A stretch of 64,000 nucleotides of DNA, taken from NCBI RefSeq assembly GCF_009914755.1, contig NC_060933.1; one strand, 5' to 3'. The position numbers and the translations under genes are program-made. The notes beneath the pieces were generated by a model. That model searched no databases. It had not been told where the DNA came from and worked only from the letters and a program-made list of their open reading frames with translations. The stretch comes from the human T2T-CHM13v2.0 reference genome, Homo sapiens. Below, piece by piece: positions 30,771 to 43,995 of this stretch. Positions within the stretch are counted from its first letter, which is position 1. Each line of letters opens with the position of its first letter.

Positions 30771-31408
30771 ATGCACCTAGTCATTTTTATTGCAGCACTA
30801 TGTATGATAGCCAAGATACAGAATAAGCCTAAGTGTCTGGCAACAGATGAATGCAAAAAGAAAATGCACTATCTGTATACAATGAAGTACTCTTTAGCCA
30901 TAAAAAATAAAATCTTGCCATTTATGACAATATGGATGAATCTAGAGGACATCACGGTAAGTGAAATAAGCCAGACACAGACAGACAAGTACAGCATGAT
31001 CTCACTCATAAGTGGAGTCTAAAAAAAAAAGAAAATACAAACATTTAAAAAAGTTAATAGCATAGAAGCAGAGAGTAGAAAAATGTTACCAGAGACTAAA
31101 GACAGGAGGACGAAAAGAAGGATGAGGAAACTTTGATTGGTGGTATAAAATTACAACTAGATAAGAGCAAAAAATTCTGGTGTTCTGTTGCACGTAGAGT
31201 AAGTATGGTTAACAGTGAAATATCGTATATTACAAAATAGCTTGAAGAGTTGTCTTCGAATGTTCTCACCACAAAGAAATGATAAATATGTAAGATAATA
31301 GATTCACTCTGAATGGATCATTATACAACATGGATAGGTATCCAGGTATGAAATTATACCCCATGAATATGTACAATTATTACATGTCAATTAATAAATA
31401 AATAATAA
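30771..31408 (+). mobile_element. L1MA (L1MA4-like) ORF2 end and 3'UTR
   Basis: ORF 30771-31022 is a degenerate ORF2 C-terminus (FIAAL..IAK..N.PKC...W.NLEDI..SEISQ), followed by an L1MA 3'UTR and A-rich tail. Confidence 0.88.
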
Positions 31409-33104
31409 GATCACTAGATTTAATCAAGAGACTCTTATTGACTTGCTCTCATTTTAGAGTTTTAAAACTAGTCTGCCCTATTGCAAACTACCTATTTTTA
31501 AAACTACTCTTCTCCTGCACAAAAATCTCTCAAAGTCTCCTTTCTCCTGAAAGAAAAATGACCTATTTAATTTACAAATATTTCAAAAATTAGTACACAA
31601 CATTTTATATATGAAAAGAATGCTGTAGACTGACTTGCAAATAACATTCTAAGATTCCCATTACCTTTAAGAGGAGTCAGCTGTCATTTTGGAAAAATTA
31701 AGATTTCAACAATTTTACACATATTTTGAAAATAATTTTGATAATGAAAAATGTTCAATCTTAAATCGTGTAAATAAGTAAATAGAGAGGTAAAATAAAG
31801 AGCTTGATGTTTATGTGATATTGAGAAAAAATCTTTTTTAAAAATAAAATACAGATTAAAATACAACTTTGTGCTTTAACTGAAGGGTGTCCCTACTCCC
31901 TGATGTGTTTGAGACTGTCACAAACCTGAACCCATTTGGACAATACATCAAATAATCATTTTGCATCATTTCACTATTGGGGAAATGATAACTTCTTACA
32001 TTAAATGAAAAAAAACTGAAAAAGTAGTATTACTTTGTCTTTTAAGTGGCAAGATAGGGTTGATATGATGCCGAAGTACAAACAGTAGGGACTAAGTGAG
32101 GATGGAGGATATATGAATAAATGTATCAAAAGTCAAGAGAAATGATAAAACAGACAATTCTGGGGAACAGTAGTAGAAGATATGCATGGAATATGGTTAG
32201 ACAGACAGTGATATTTACTTTTGAGTTTTGCTTATATATTTCTAACATTTCTTGATAGGACTGGCATTCTAACAGTTATTCTTATTGTTATAAATTCTTT
32301 TAAAAATACTTTTTCTCCAAACATCTCAGTTCAAATTATAGAGTTAAAGGAAACTATAGTAATAAAATAAAATATTAATTATTTCAAAAGAAAAAGAGAA
32401 AAATTTGTACACTTAATTTAAAATTGTTTTCAGTCTTATTTTCGCAAGCAATTTACCAATAGATTTGTAATGCACAGTAATGTTGAATGAGTATTGAAGC
32501 TATTGAAATACAGAAGTAAGTCAGTTTTTCATTATGCTGTGAGTGATGTCCTGAAACACATTAACTTGATATTTTATCTATTGTTTAATATCATTCCCCA
32601 TGAATTACTTATAATGGTAATAGATTAATATCTTTGGGAGTACTGTAAATAATTATATAATTCAGCCAGGAATTACCTTGTTCATTTGCTAACATTGTTA
32701 TATTCTTTCAAAAGCAAATAGCAAAAATAATTTTCAACTGACATACATATGGAATACTTACTCTTCAACTATCTCAAAATGCCCAGATTTTCTCAATAAC
32801 TTTCCTATTGATTTAATTATAGGCATTAGAAATGAGTATTCTAGTACAAGAATAAATAGTGTTGTCTCTCCTTCATCCCCCAGTACTCCTAAATATTTAC
32901 TAAAAATCTCAATGCTAATCAATAGTGGAAGTATTTGGTGCCTAATGATGGCATTCCATTCCTTCCTTGAAGTCCAACACACAGAGTAATAGAAATCTCA
33001 TGAATGTGATTGTGTGAGGTTGCTCATAATACTTGGATCTATAGAGAGAATCACTTAACAGACATTAGTTGAATCAGAAACTACTTCTCATTTCATTGAG
33101 TTCT

Positions 33105-34004
33105 ATGTAGTCCCCAACCTTTGTGGCACCAGGGACTGGTTTTGTGGAAGACAATATTTCCACGGACAGGGGAGCAGAGGATGGTTTCAGGATTGTAATG
33201 GTTAATAATAGGTGTCAACTTAATTGGATTGAAGGATGCCTAGATAATTGGTAAAGAATAGTTTCTGGGTGTGTCAGTGAGGGTGTTGCTGGAGGAGATT
33301 AACATTTGAGTCGGACTGGGAGAGGAAGACCGATCCTCAATGTGGGTGGACACCATCCAATTGACTGTCAGCTTGGCTAGAACAAAGCTGGTGGAAGAAG
33401 GTGGGATAAGCTGACTTAATGAGTCTTCTGGCTTTCATCATTGTGCTGTGCTGGATGCTTCCTGCCCTTGGACATCAGATTCCAGGTTCTTTAGGCTTTG
33501 AACACTTGAACTTACAGCAGTGGTTTTCCAGGGGCTTTCAGGCCCTTGGCCACAGACTAAATGTTGCACTGCCAGCTTTCCTACTTTTGAGGCTTTTGTA
33601 GCTGAACTAAGCCTTTGTTGGCTTCCTTGCCCCTCAGCTTGCAGACAGCCTATCATGGGACTTCACCTTGTGATCATATAGTCAATTCTCATTAATAAAC
33701 TCCTTTTCATATATACATATATCTTATAAGTTCTGTCCCTCTGGAGAACCCTGACTAATACAGGCATGAAACTTTTCCACCTCAGATCATCGGGCATTAG
33801 ATTCTCATGAGGTATGCACAACCTAGATCCCTTGCATGCTCAGTTCATAATAGGGTTCACATTCCTATAAGAATCTAATGCTGTAGCTGATTCGACAGGA
33901 GGCAGAGCTCAGGTGGTAATGCTCACTCACCTGCCGCTCACCTCCTGCTGTATGATCTGATTCCTAACAAGCCATAGCTCATAACCAAGGGTTGAGGACC
34001 ACTG
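33105..34004 (+). mobile_element. MER1B (hAT-Charlie) split by MLT2A2 (pieces 33105-33193 and 33763-34004)
   Basis: gtccccaacctttgtggcaccagggactggttttgtggaagacaat...; gaatctaatgc...aggaggcagagctcagg...gggttgaggaccactg. Confidence 0.9.
33194..33762 (+). mobile_element. MLT2A2 (HERV-L) solo LTR
   Basis: tgtaatggttaata...gtgtcaacttaattggattgaaggatgc...ctggagaaccctgactaataca; 5-bp TSD aggat/ggcat. Confidence 0.92.
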
Positions 34005-34457
34005 TGTTAAAAGATAAACTAAGACACAATAAAATTTTAAATATGTTATTTACACAATGATTTATGACTCAGGCAGCTCCAAACCATAAAAGTGGCTTAA
34101 GAGCACCACTGAGGGATCACAGGGGGAGGCTTTTAGAGGACAGGCACAGAAGAAAACTAAAGATAGTATTTGACTATTTATAGTTGTACAGTTATTTGTA
34201 CCTTATTTGGTACCAAAGTTGTACGTTATTAGGTCTATCCCACTGGAAAGTCTTCAGTTGTATGATTATGTGTGTTGGCTACTTCTGATTGGTTGAACTT
34301 AAGTTCTGTTTTTCTTTAATATAGAAATTGATAAGAATAGCTCAAGTTTCCCTTATATCTGTAGATCAAACAAGGTTTAGATCACTTATGATGCCTAACT
34401 GGTTTTGTCTGCTCAGAAATTCTTCAGGCCTGGACTCCATTTTAATTTACTTTAATG
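34005..34457 (-). mobile_element. ERV1 solo LTR, LTR54-like
   Basis: tgttaaaagataaact...gttggctacttctgattggttgaacttaag...cttcaggcctggactccattttaatttacttta. Confidence 0.65.
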
Positions 34458-34775
34458 ATTGTTACTTTAAATTTGGATTAAACAGTGGATTCATATGTAC
34501 TGAGTGAAAAAAAATGGAAATAGATGTTATAAAATTTATTTGAAATCATTCAGCCAGGATGTTTTAAACAGCATAAATTAGCAGAATTACCAAAAACACA
34601 TTTTGAAAAAACCTTGAAGCAATTTTAATGTATTGCAAAATGTGAAGGAGACTAGTAGGACAAAAACTTAAAGGTTGAGTTTGAGATATGATGCAGGGTT
34701 TTTTGCTCCTTAGCCCAGCTAGGCCTAAGTTCTGAAGAAGTAGGCACATGGACACTCAAAGGGTAAGTGTAGTAG

Positions 34776-35158
<383 letters not shown>

Positions 35159-38100
35159 ACAAGGACATTTTTATACAAGCTGATAGGGCTGTGAATTCCT
35201 GGTTGTATGAGACATGAATTCCTGGTTGCTCCACTCCACCTTTCCAGTGAGTTAAGTGGGCCCTTAGTCTGTGCCTCTCCATATTGATTTATTTCCCTTA
35301 ATGCACATATGTTAAGGAACGAAATTTTCCACTATGGGCATGTTTAGGCAAGCTCCCTTAGCAAGTACGCTTATCCGCACAAAATATTTGGTATAAACAC
35401 CTGGGGGGTGGGTAAGAGGTTCTCCAGGGGACCCTTTCCTGACTGTCTCCCTAAAGCAAGTTGGCTGACTCCTTTCATTCCTCCCTTCAGGAGTGGAGAC
35501 CCCAAATTCTGTTGGGGAAAGTGTACAATGACTGCTCTTAACTGCTTCCTGCTGACAAGGGGTGCTGTTTTGGGAAAGTGGCAGTTAAGGCTCCTCCTGA
35601 GGTCAGTTTAAGGGTCCCCAAAGAGAACGGTGTGTTCATGAGTGGTTCTGTTTGCATCACCATTTGATGTTGAACGGCCTTTAAGTGAGAAGAAACAATT
35701 TGGGTTATTAGAAGACATATTCAAAATGAAACAAAGGGATAAGGACAGCTCAAAACAAAACAAAACAAAACAAAATCTCAAGGCTGCCAATACAGCCAGA
35801 TAACTCGTGGCTATAGTTATGCCTGCTAAGGTTTGTATTCATGGGGCTTGGCTTTGATTAGCTCCCTTGGTCTTATTTTCCCAAACAAAGAAATCTCTGG
35901 GTTATGGGCACCTATTTACTCCGATCACCTGGAAGGATTTGCAGGATAATTGTTCAGAATTAAAATATTGATCCAGATTTTTTATATTATTCATCCCTTT
36001 GGTTCTTTTGAGCTGCAGCCGTACATTGCTGGTTGGTCCACAGGAATAAGCAGGGTAGTCTAAAATGTAGGCAAAAACTTAAAAACAACTAATGGGATTA
36101 TAATGTAATGACAAATGTAGAATACGTTTTGAAACATAATTTCTCTCTCTCCAGTCCTCATTTTTGTCAAAAACAAATCATGATAGGACTCAGTTGTTTG
36201 AAAAAATAAACTTTAGCCTTATACTTGTCTTATTTGCATAAAGTGCAAAAAGAATAATTATTTTTCCCATAGGCTTTTAAATTGGCTTTGATGGAACTCT
36301 GTTCCATAAGGCATCTCAGTTAAGACCTTTTAAGGCCAAGCCCAGCCAAGGGTTTCCACCCTCAAATATCTACAAGTTTGGTAAATCATTCTCTTCTTGA
36401 TGTCCCAAGAACAAGCTTTTTAACAGGCCCAGGAGCTTTTTAACAGACTCCTAAGCCTGTTAAAAAGTGACATGCTTTACTCCCCATGGGTTAGGAACCT
36501 TGTACAAGGACTGTGTTGACAAGGTATATAGCCAGTTTTCCCAAGGAACTTTTATTGGCAAGTCCAGCTTAATGACTTAAAGGAACATATACCCTTCCAG
36601 TAAAAGCCTTGGTAAAACCACCAGTTTCTTCAATTGTGTCCTGTTGCAAAAGAAAATGTATTCTTATTGCACTGATGAAAATAACTGAATTGCCATAAAT
36701 TAAATATTCTCACAAATAGTTTCCAAATTCTGGCAAAGCCAGGCAGAGAGAAACAAACATCCTTCAAATTTTGTTCACAGGTGTATAGTTTACTCAATTA
36801 TTAAAGGCTTTAAATAGTTCAAAATAAGTATTCTTGACTCAGAAAAACAAAGCAAGGATCACCAAAGTTTTAAGCAAAAAGGTTAAAAATAATACTTGTT
36901 TTCTATTAGTTCAATCCATTCTGTTCTCTTATTCTGCTTGATATTCATGAACATTTCAGTTCTTTATGAGTACTGTATTTTTTTCAATGTCATAATCTCC
37001 AGAGCTAATGGAATCTTGCATTTGAGAACACTTGTCAAAATCCTGTAGCTGATTATAAATCATCTTTTGAGTAGGATCAAAAGAAGACATTTGTCTGTGA
37101 ATGATGAAATGTCCAGGGTAGTTACTGTCAAGAATACAATTGACAAAGAAATTTAGTTATTTCTAGGGTTTACAATAACTAAACATAATAACCTTAATTA
37201 TGATTGATAGCATATATTCAGACATTAGAATTTTAGAAATCTCATATAATTTTGAAACATATTAATATTATTCACTAAAATATAACCTAAAGCAGATTAA
37301 ATATAACTTTGGAAATACCATATAACTAAACATTTCAAAAAACCCAGTTTTCTTCTGTTTTGGATGTTCCAGGGACCAGGAAAGACAATTTTGAAACTGA
37401 AGTTTGATTTTGGGAAGACTGTTAATTACGTTAGAGGCTCAAAGCACTTGATATTATAAAATAGAATTCCAAGTTACCATATGTCATTTATTTTAGCCAA
37501 AATGATGACTCAAACATTTTAAAACAACGCAAAAGCATATTCACAGGAAGAGGGAAAACTTAGCTTTCCAAACAATCTGTCGTTAATTTTACAGAGAAAT
37601 GCTGTTCAAGTGAAAGCCTAATTTCATCCTTGCATTAGTCTACTGTTGATGTCAACCCCAATTTTTTTAATGAAAACTTATAGATAATTATATCTAATCT
37701 TATCTAGTTTGACCATGAGGTGAGATTTTTTTACACTTTTATAACCCTTTACAAATTGTTGTTAAAGAGCAGATCAGCGCCTTTAGAAAACCTTGTTGTG
37801 TTTTATTTCAATGCTCAATTTACAAAAACAAAATACTTTTTTGAAATTAGTCAATATGTTCACACAATTTCTTTTGCAAGATTAATTTTTACAAACTTTT
37901 CACCATTTGTTTAAACCTTCAGCTTTATCTTACCTAATTCAAAACAATCCTTTAACCCAAGGCAAAAATTTACATTTTCATGCATTCTTATAATCTTTTA
38001 CTAAAAACATATTTTACTTTCCTTACTTACCTTATATGTAAATCTATTTTCATTGTCTCAATTACAGGTTATTATGGTAACTCCTAGCAATTTTTAACTT

Positions 38101-38236
38101 TAATGTAAAACCTGGCAAGTTGCTTTAATTATGTAGTAGGCATAAATAAAGTCTGATTCCTTCCTGCATAATTAAGGGTGTGGTTAATTCCATATGTCCC
38201 TGGACTTATTAATTGTGAAGCAGGCAAATTGAATAG

Positions 38237-38602
38237 TGTATTAGTCAATTTTCATGCTGCTGATAAAGGCAATCTTGAGACTGGGCAATTTACAAAAGAA
38301 AGAGGTTTAATTGGACTTACAGTTCCACGTGGCTGAGGAGGCCTCACAATCATGGCAGAAGGCAAGGGGGAGCAAGTGACATCTTATGTGGATGGTGGCA
38401 AACCAAAAAAGAGAGCTTGTGCAGAGAAACTCTCATTTTTAAAACCATCAGATCCATGAAACCCATTACTATCATGAGAACAGCATAAAAAGACCCACCC
38501 TCATGATTCAATCATCTCCCACTGGGTCCCTGCCACAACACATGGAAATTACGGGAGCTACAAGATGAGATTTGGGTGGGGACACAGAGCCAAACTTTAT
38601 CA
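38237..38602 (-). mobile_element. THE1A solo LTR nested in the ERV internal region
   Basis: tgtattagtc...ttggacttacagttccacgtggctg...gggagctacaagatgagatttgggtggggacacagagccaaac; TSD aatag/aataa. Confidence 0.9.
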
Positions 38603-40040
38603 AATAATTCTTAAAAGCCAAAGAAGCAGTTAATAACTTTGAAGCATTTAGCTAACCTAGTATCTGACCTACATGATTCAGCCCACATATTTACATTTTA
38701 AAGACATTTGTATTTTACCAATTATTTTTAAAACAGCCTTTATTTCTTAAAGATTATAGTCATGTGAACTGAAAAGGTATTACAGCTTTTATTTTTCTTC
38801 AAAAAATATTTGATCTAAGTGCTTATTTTCCTAGAGCTTTTTTATATAAACATCACACCCATAAGAAATAGAAAATTACACAGATGAACAAAAGCAAATT
38901 CAGTACTTGTAAGATTTTTCATTTGCCAATCTTCTGAATAGATTATTGGCCTCTGGGTGAAGCCCTTCAAGAGCAGGGTCTAGGACAGCATACAGTTTCT
39001 AGGGCCTAATAAACAGGCATAGCTGGAAGACAGAGACAGATTTTGAGAAGGATCTATCCACTTTTAATTCCTGGGGTTTCGTGAGGAAAACAGAGGGTGT
39101 TTTTTCCCCAAAATGGGGTCTGCGGCACCTTCTTTGTTTTTTCCCAGGAGCCCCGGGCTATCAGAAGTTATCTTAGAGCCTCTCATGTATGCACTGAATG
39201 ACAAGACAAAATGGGAAAAAAAAAATCATTCAACAGAGAAAGAACCTTTTTCCAGAAAAACAAGATCCATGCAGAGAAAAATTTAAAGGCCTTTAAATAT
39301 ACCTATAACTTGGATATCCACTTTGAATTCAGCTGTGCTCTAAGAAAATCGTTTCATATCTATTACCCAACTTTAGCCATGCCGAGCAGCCAATATTTCT
39401 GGCTTTTGAACTTTATTAAAAATAACCTCACAGGTGAAACCAACAAGCCTCAACTAAGGTTATGACTTAACTGTAAGTGTAAAAGTTATTTTCAAAGAGG
39501 TGCTAAGCAGTTTTTACAGAATCTAAGATCTTTAAAGTTGGTTCAGACAAAGGAAGATTTAAGAAAGGAAGCTAAAGTTGTTTATAGAGGGGAAGAGAAT
39601 CAGCAAATGGTAGAAGTCACACAGATATTGGCCAAAATATACTCATTCCCTAAGCCGGGATTAAACCCGGGCCACCATTGTAAAATGGCAGAGGCCAAAA
39701 GAAAGTATTATCAAGTGGTTACAAGGTCAAGCTCCTAAGGACAAAAAACAAGATGAAGAACTGCAGCAAGGTTTGTTACTGACCAGTTTGCCAGGCTGGT
39801 TTGATCAGCAAACTTTTGAGGTCCTAGGCCTGCATTCTATCCTAAGGTACCCCTCTTTATGACAGAACTATACAGAAAGACACACAAAGCACACTACATT
39901 GGCTACAGCTTAAGGCTAGCCTCATAAATCCTTTTTTTCTATTTATCAGAACTTCAGAGAGTATATAAACAGTGATTTAAACAGGGATTTTATCATTTAT
40001 TCAACTGGTTTGCACAGGGAGAAGGAGGCCAGAAGTCTGA

Positions 40041-40378
<338 letters not shown>

Positions 40379-43111
40379 CTGGTAAGAACTTTTACCCTTT
40401 TGCTGGTGTACCAGGCTTCTGAGTTGCCCTTTTTCATGCTCAGTTTTGAGCCAAGCAGTTTAAGGTTTGGAGAAATTAACTTTTCCCAGTTTAAGAGATG
40501 CATCCAAAGGGAGTGTCCTGTGGTACAGCGACACAATGACCCACCCACAAAGAGAGGACAGAGGAGGAAAAAGGAGAAAGGAGGTGTTTTTTCAGAAGAG
40601 TCCTAGTGATTCAGGAGGCAATCAAGAGAAATATGGGCTGCAGATGATTGGTTACTCACCTAAGAAGAGGGGAGCAAGGCATCCCTAGTTTCTTCTTTTT
40701 CCTAGTAAATACCTGAGGTACATGAGGGAGAGGAGAAAAGTGTCCTCTTTCTTTCTTCTGTTCTTATATCCCTGAGTCCTGGTGATCTTGGCAGGTTACC
40801 ACCCATGGGTGCCAGTGCAGCTTTCACCTATGTTAACAGGGGGCTTACAGGGTGCGAGTTATCCACCATTACCCATGCGCTGCTTGTCCCACTGTTGTCG
40901 ATAACTTTTGAGTTCTCTAGATTTCATACATGCCGTGGATACTAGAATGACCTCTATCCACGAGATGGAAGGGGGCCTAATCGGCAGCAATGAGTCATGC
41001 TAACCTAAAGCTTTGGAGCTGGGTCTTCCTTAAACAAGGGAGAGAAAAGGCTGTCTTGGGAATTGGGGTCCTGGCCTAATAAGAAAAAACAAAAACAAAA
41101 ACCAACAAAAAACCTCTCATAAAAGTTAACTCCTTACAAAGTGGAGAAAAGAAAAAAAAATAAAATAAAACAGCTTAAGTGCAGGGTGGGGAAGATGCCT
41201 GGAGGAGAAACCTTTTATTCTTATGCAAATGAGTTCCTCCAATAGGGAGAGAACATTTTAATTGCTGTCTCCTCCTTTCTGGCTCAGCCAGGGGAGGAAA
41301 GACACTGTGGGTGCATGGGGAGAGGGAAGAGTGAGCAGGAAATGCTGGCCACCTAGCCAAGTGGGGCCCTTGGGCTATGTGCCCCAGACGGGAGGGGAGG
41401 GGGTTGGGAGTTGCCACTCTCCCATTTGTCTCACATGTGTACCTGTGGCCATTGGAGGTTGGGGTAAGGGACATGTCTCTAAAAACGGAGGGAGAGCACA
41501 TTGTTCTGAATTGTATAGAATTTATTAAGTTAAAGGAAAGCTCTCAGCAAAGAGAGGAGTCCTGAAAGTAGGTTCCCGGTTGCCCTCTTCACAGGTGAAT
41601 CAAAGGCATTTTTATATAAGCTGATGGGGCTGAGTTCCCTATTTGTATAAGGCGTGAATTCCTGTAGGCTCCACTGCATCCTTCCAGAGTGCATGCAGAC
41701 CCTTAGTCTGAGACATTCCATATTGATTTATTTTTCTTACTGCCCACGTGTTAAGAAACAAAATTTTCCACTGCGGGCATGTTTAGGCAAGCCCCCGGAG
41801 CAAGTACCCTTATGTGCACAAAACATCTGGTATAAACACTTGTGGAGCAGATAGGAGGTTCTCTGGGGGACCCTTCCCTTAGTGTCTGCCTAAAGCAAGC
41901 TGGCTAACTTTTCAGAAAGAGACAGAGAAAATGAAGTAGCTACCAAAGTATTCTGGGTCTACAAGTGATATTATTTTCAACAAGTATTCAAATGCCATTC
42001 TAGTCTAAACTAATTCATTATAAATCAGCTAATATTAAGTAAATATTTTACAAATTAAAAACTAGTTACAAAAGGTAGAGACCTCAAAGAAAGGCAGAAA
42101 TGAGGCAAATGGGGAAAAATTATGGTGACTTAAAGCCTATATATTGTGATCTGGAGAATTAGAATTTAATTTGTCTATACAAAGTAGGTCATGATCCTGA
42201 TAAGTTTAGCAATTAGAGTATTTATAAAAAGTAAGAGCTAAATAATTTGTTTCAGGGATGCACTTTTATTTCAATTATCTAGACCTGAAATTATATTTTT
42301 TTGAGATCGTTCAGGAAGAAGAAATTACATGAGGAGAACTTTCTAATCAGTATGCTTAGTGTAAATATATCTGATGAGTTCATAAGTCTGTTTCATTTAT
42401 TATTCTTCAGTATAGGTCTGTAGCATGACACAAACAATTCCTGATGACTTCAGCTACCTTTTTAAGGAAGGTAGACTTGCTCCATCCCCTATCTTCTATT
42501 TTGCATCTGAAAGAGGATCATACTCCTGTTTAAGTCAACTTTATTAATGTTTTTCAAAATATTTCTTCTCTTGCCAATATAAAATAATGAAATTGTAGTA
42601 AAATGGGGATTGTCTTCCTCAAGATGAGTAATTTTTCATGAACAATTTATTTAATTATTTCAATAATTATTCAAAAATGATTTCAAATTATTTCAACAAT
42701 TTATCTTATGAACATTTATTTCATTATTTATTCACACCATCAAATAATATTTTACATTGAGTCCAAATTTTTTGCATTGCTGTTCATGTCAGGTTTATAT
42801 TGGAATTAATTCTCTATGACCTCCTTTTTAAGCACTGCTAAATAGATAGTAATCTTTCTTTCTATAACAGTTGAGTTTAAATTGCTTTTCTTAATTTTCT
42901 CTGACAGAGAACATTATTTTTTATTGTTGTAAACAAGCTATATTCTACATATTTAATTATTTGGAATTTGATTTGTGTATATTTTTCAGTGGAAGCTAAC
43001 TTCTTCCTAATGTCTCCATCTACATTTCATATTTATTCATCCATTCACATATTCAACAAAATTTGAGAATCTGTTTTTGGGCTTTTAATACTCATCTTAT
43101 TCATTTTACTA

Positions 43112-43224
43112 TTTATGTATTTATTTCTTTATTTATTTAGAAACTGGTTCTCACTTAGTTGCCCACGTTAGAGTGTAGTGATGCCATCATAGCTCATGGC
43201 AGCCTCAAACTCCTGGGCTCAAGT
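43112..43224 (-). mobile_element. Truncated FLAM/AluJ monomer
   Basis: (ttta)n tail, then gagtgtagtgatgccatcatagctcatggcagcctcaaactcctgggctcaag. Confidence 0.75.
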
Positions 43225-43995
43225 TTGTTAATTTTATTTTAAATGTCCACACAGTGTTCTCAGTCAGAAACAGATTTCTTAATAATGTGTGTTGGCTGCT
43301 CCTTTTCCCAGTTCTTATCTTTGGACAGTATAAAGAGATCCAGATCATCCTAGTGAGAGGCCAGACTCTCTGAAAGCAAGAAGTTAAGAACAATGGTTTT
43401 TTTCCTTGTCTTTGTTTTTATACTTATACTAGGACGGAAACGGCTGTTTTTCTGTCCTTCTAAGAGGATATCTTCTTTATTCCAAACTTTTGGAATGTTG
43501 TAAAATCTCTCCTGGAACCAAATAACCCTGTATCTCCAAGTTTTTATGACCTATAGCTGTCTCCAAATTCTGGAACATCATATCTTTTGACATATGAATA
43601 CAAAAACCTAGTCTTCCTCTTACCCTAGTACTTAACCTAGGAACCTAGTAATCTAAGGATTTTAAAAATTTGACCCTCTTAGGGGAGTAAAAGAAGTTTT
43701 CCTATTGTTGCAAATCAGAGAAATTAACTGGACAAAGGGCTACAGATTTAATTCTCTCAGTGTGTGAAGAGTCTCAAGAAGCTAGTGCTTTGAGAGAATC
43801 CATGAGAAACCCAGGGACCTTTAATATCTCCTCATTATTATTTGCATAGCACACTACCAGGGGAGATGGAGAATTAAAATAATAATATATTTTTAATAAC
43901 TTTAAGTTCTCTTAAATCATATGGTTTTTTAAGGATAAAAAAAATCCTGGATATCTATGGCTATACTTAGACATATGTAATATACATACATAACA

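Noticed and set aside
39646-39690. Functional tRNA gene or PBS
   Set aside because: Only a degenerate 3' half is present, and its orientation and position are wrong for a PBS.
43226-43860. Possible additional LTR truncating the FLAM/AluJ
   Set aside because: It starts with tgtta and looks LTR-like, but I cannot assign a family, a 3' end or a TSD. Region 1170-1900 is similarly unassigned.
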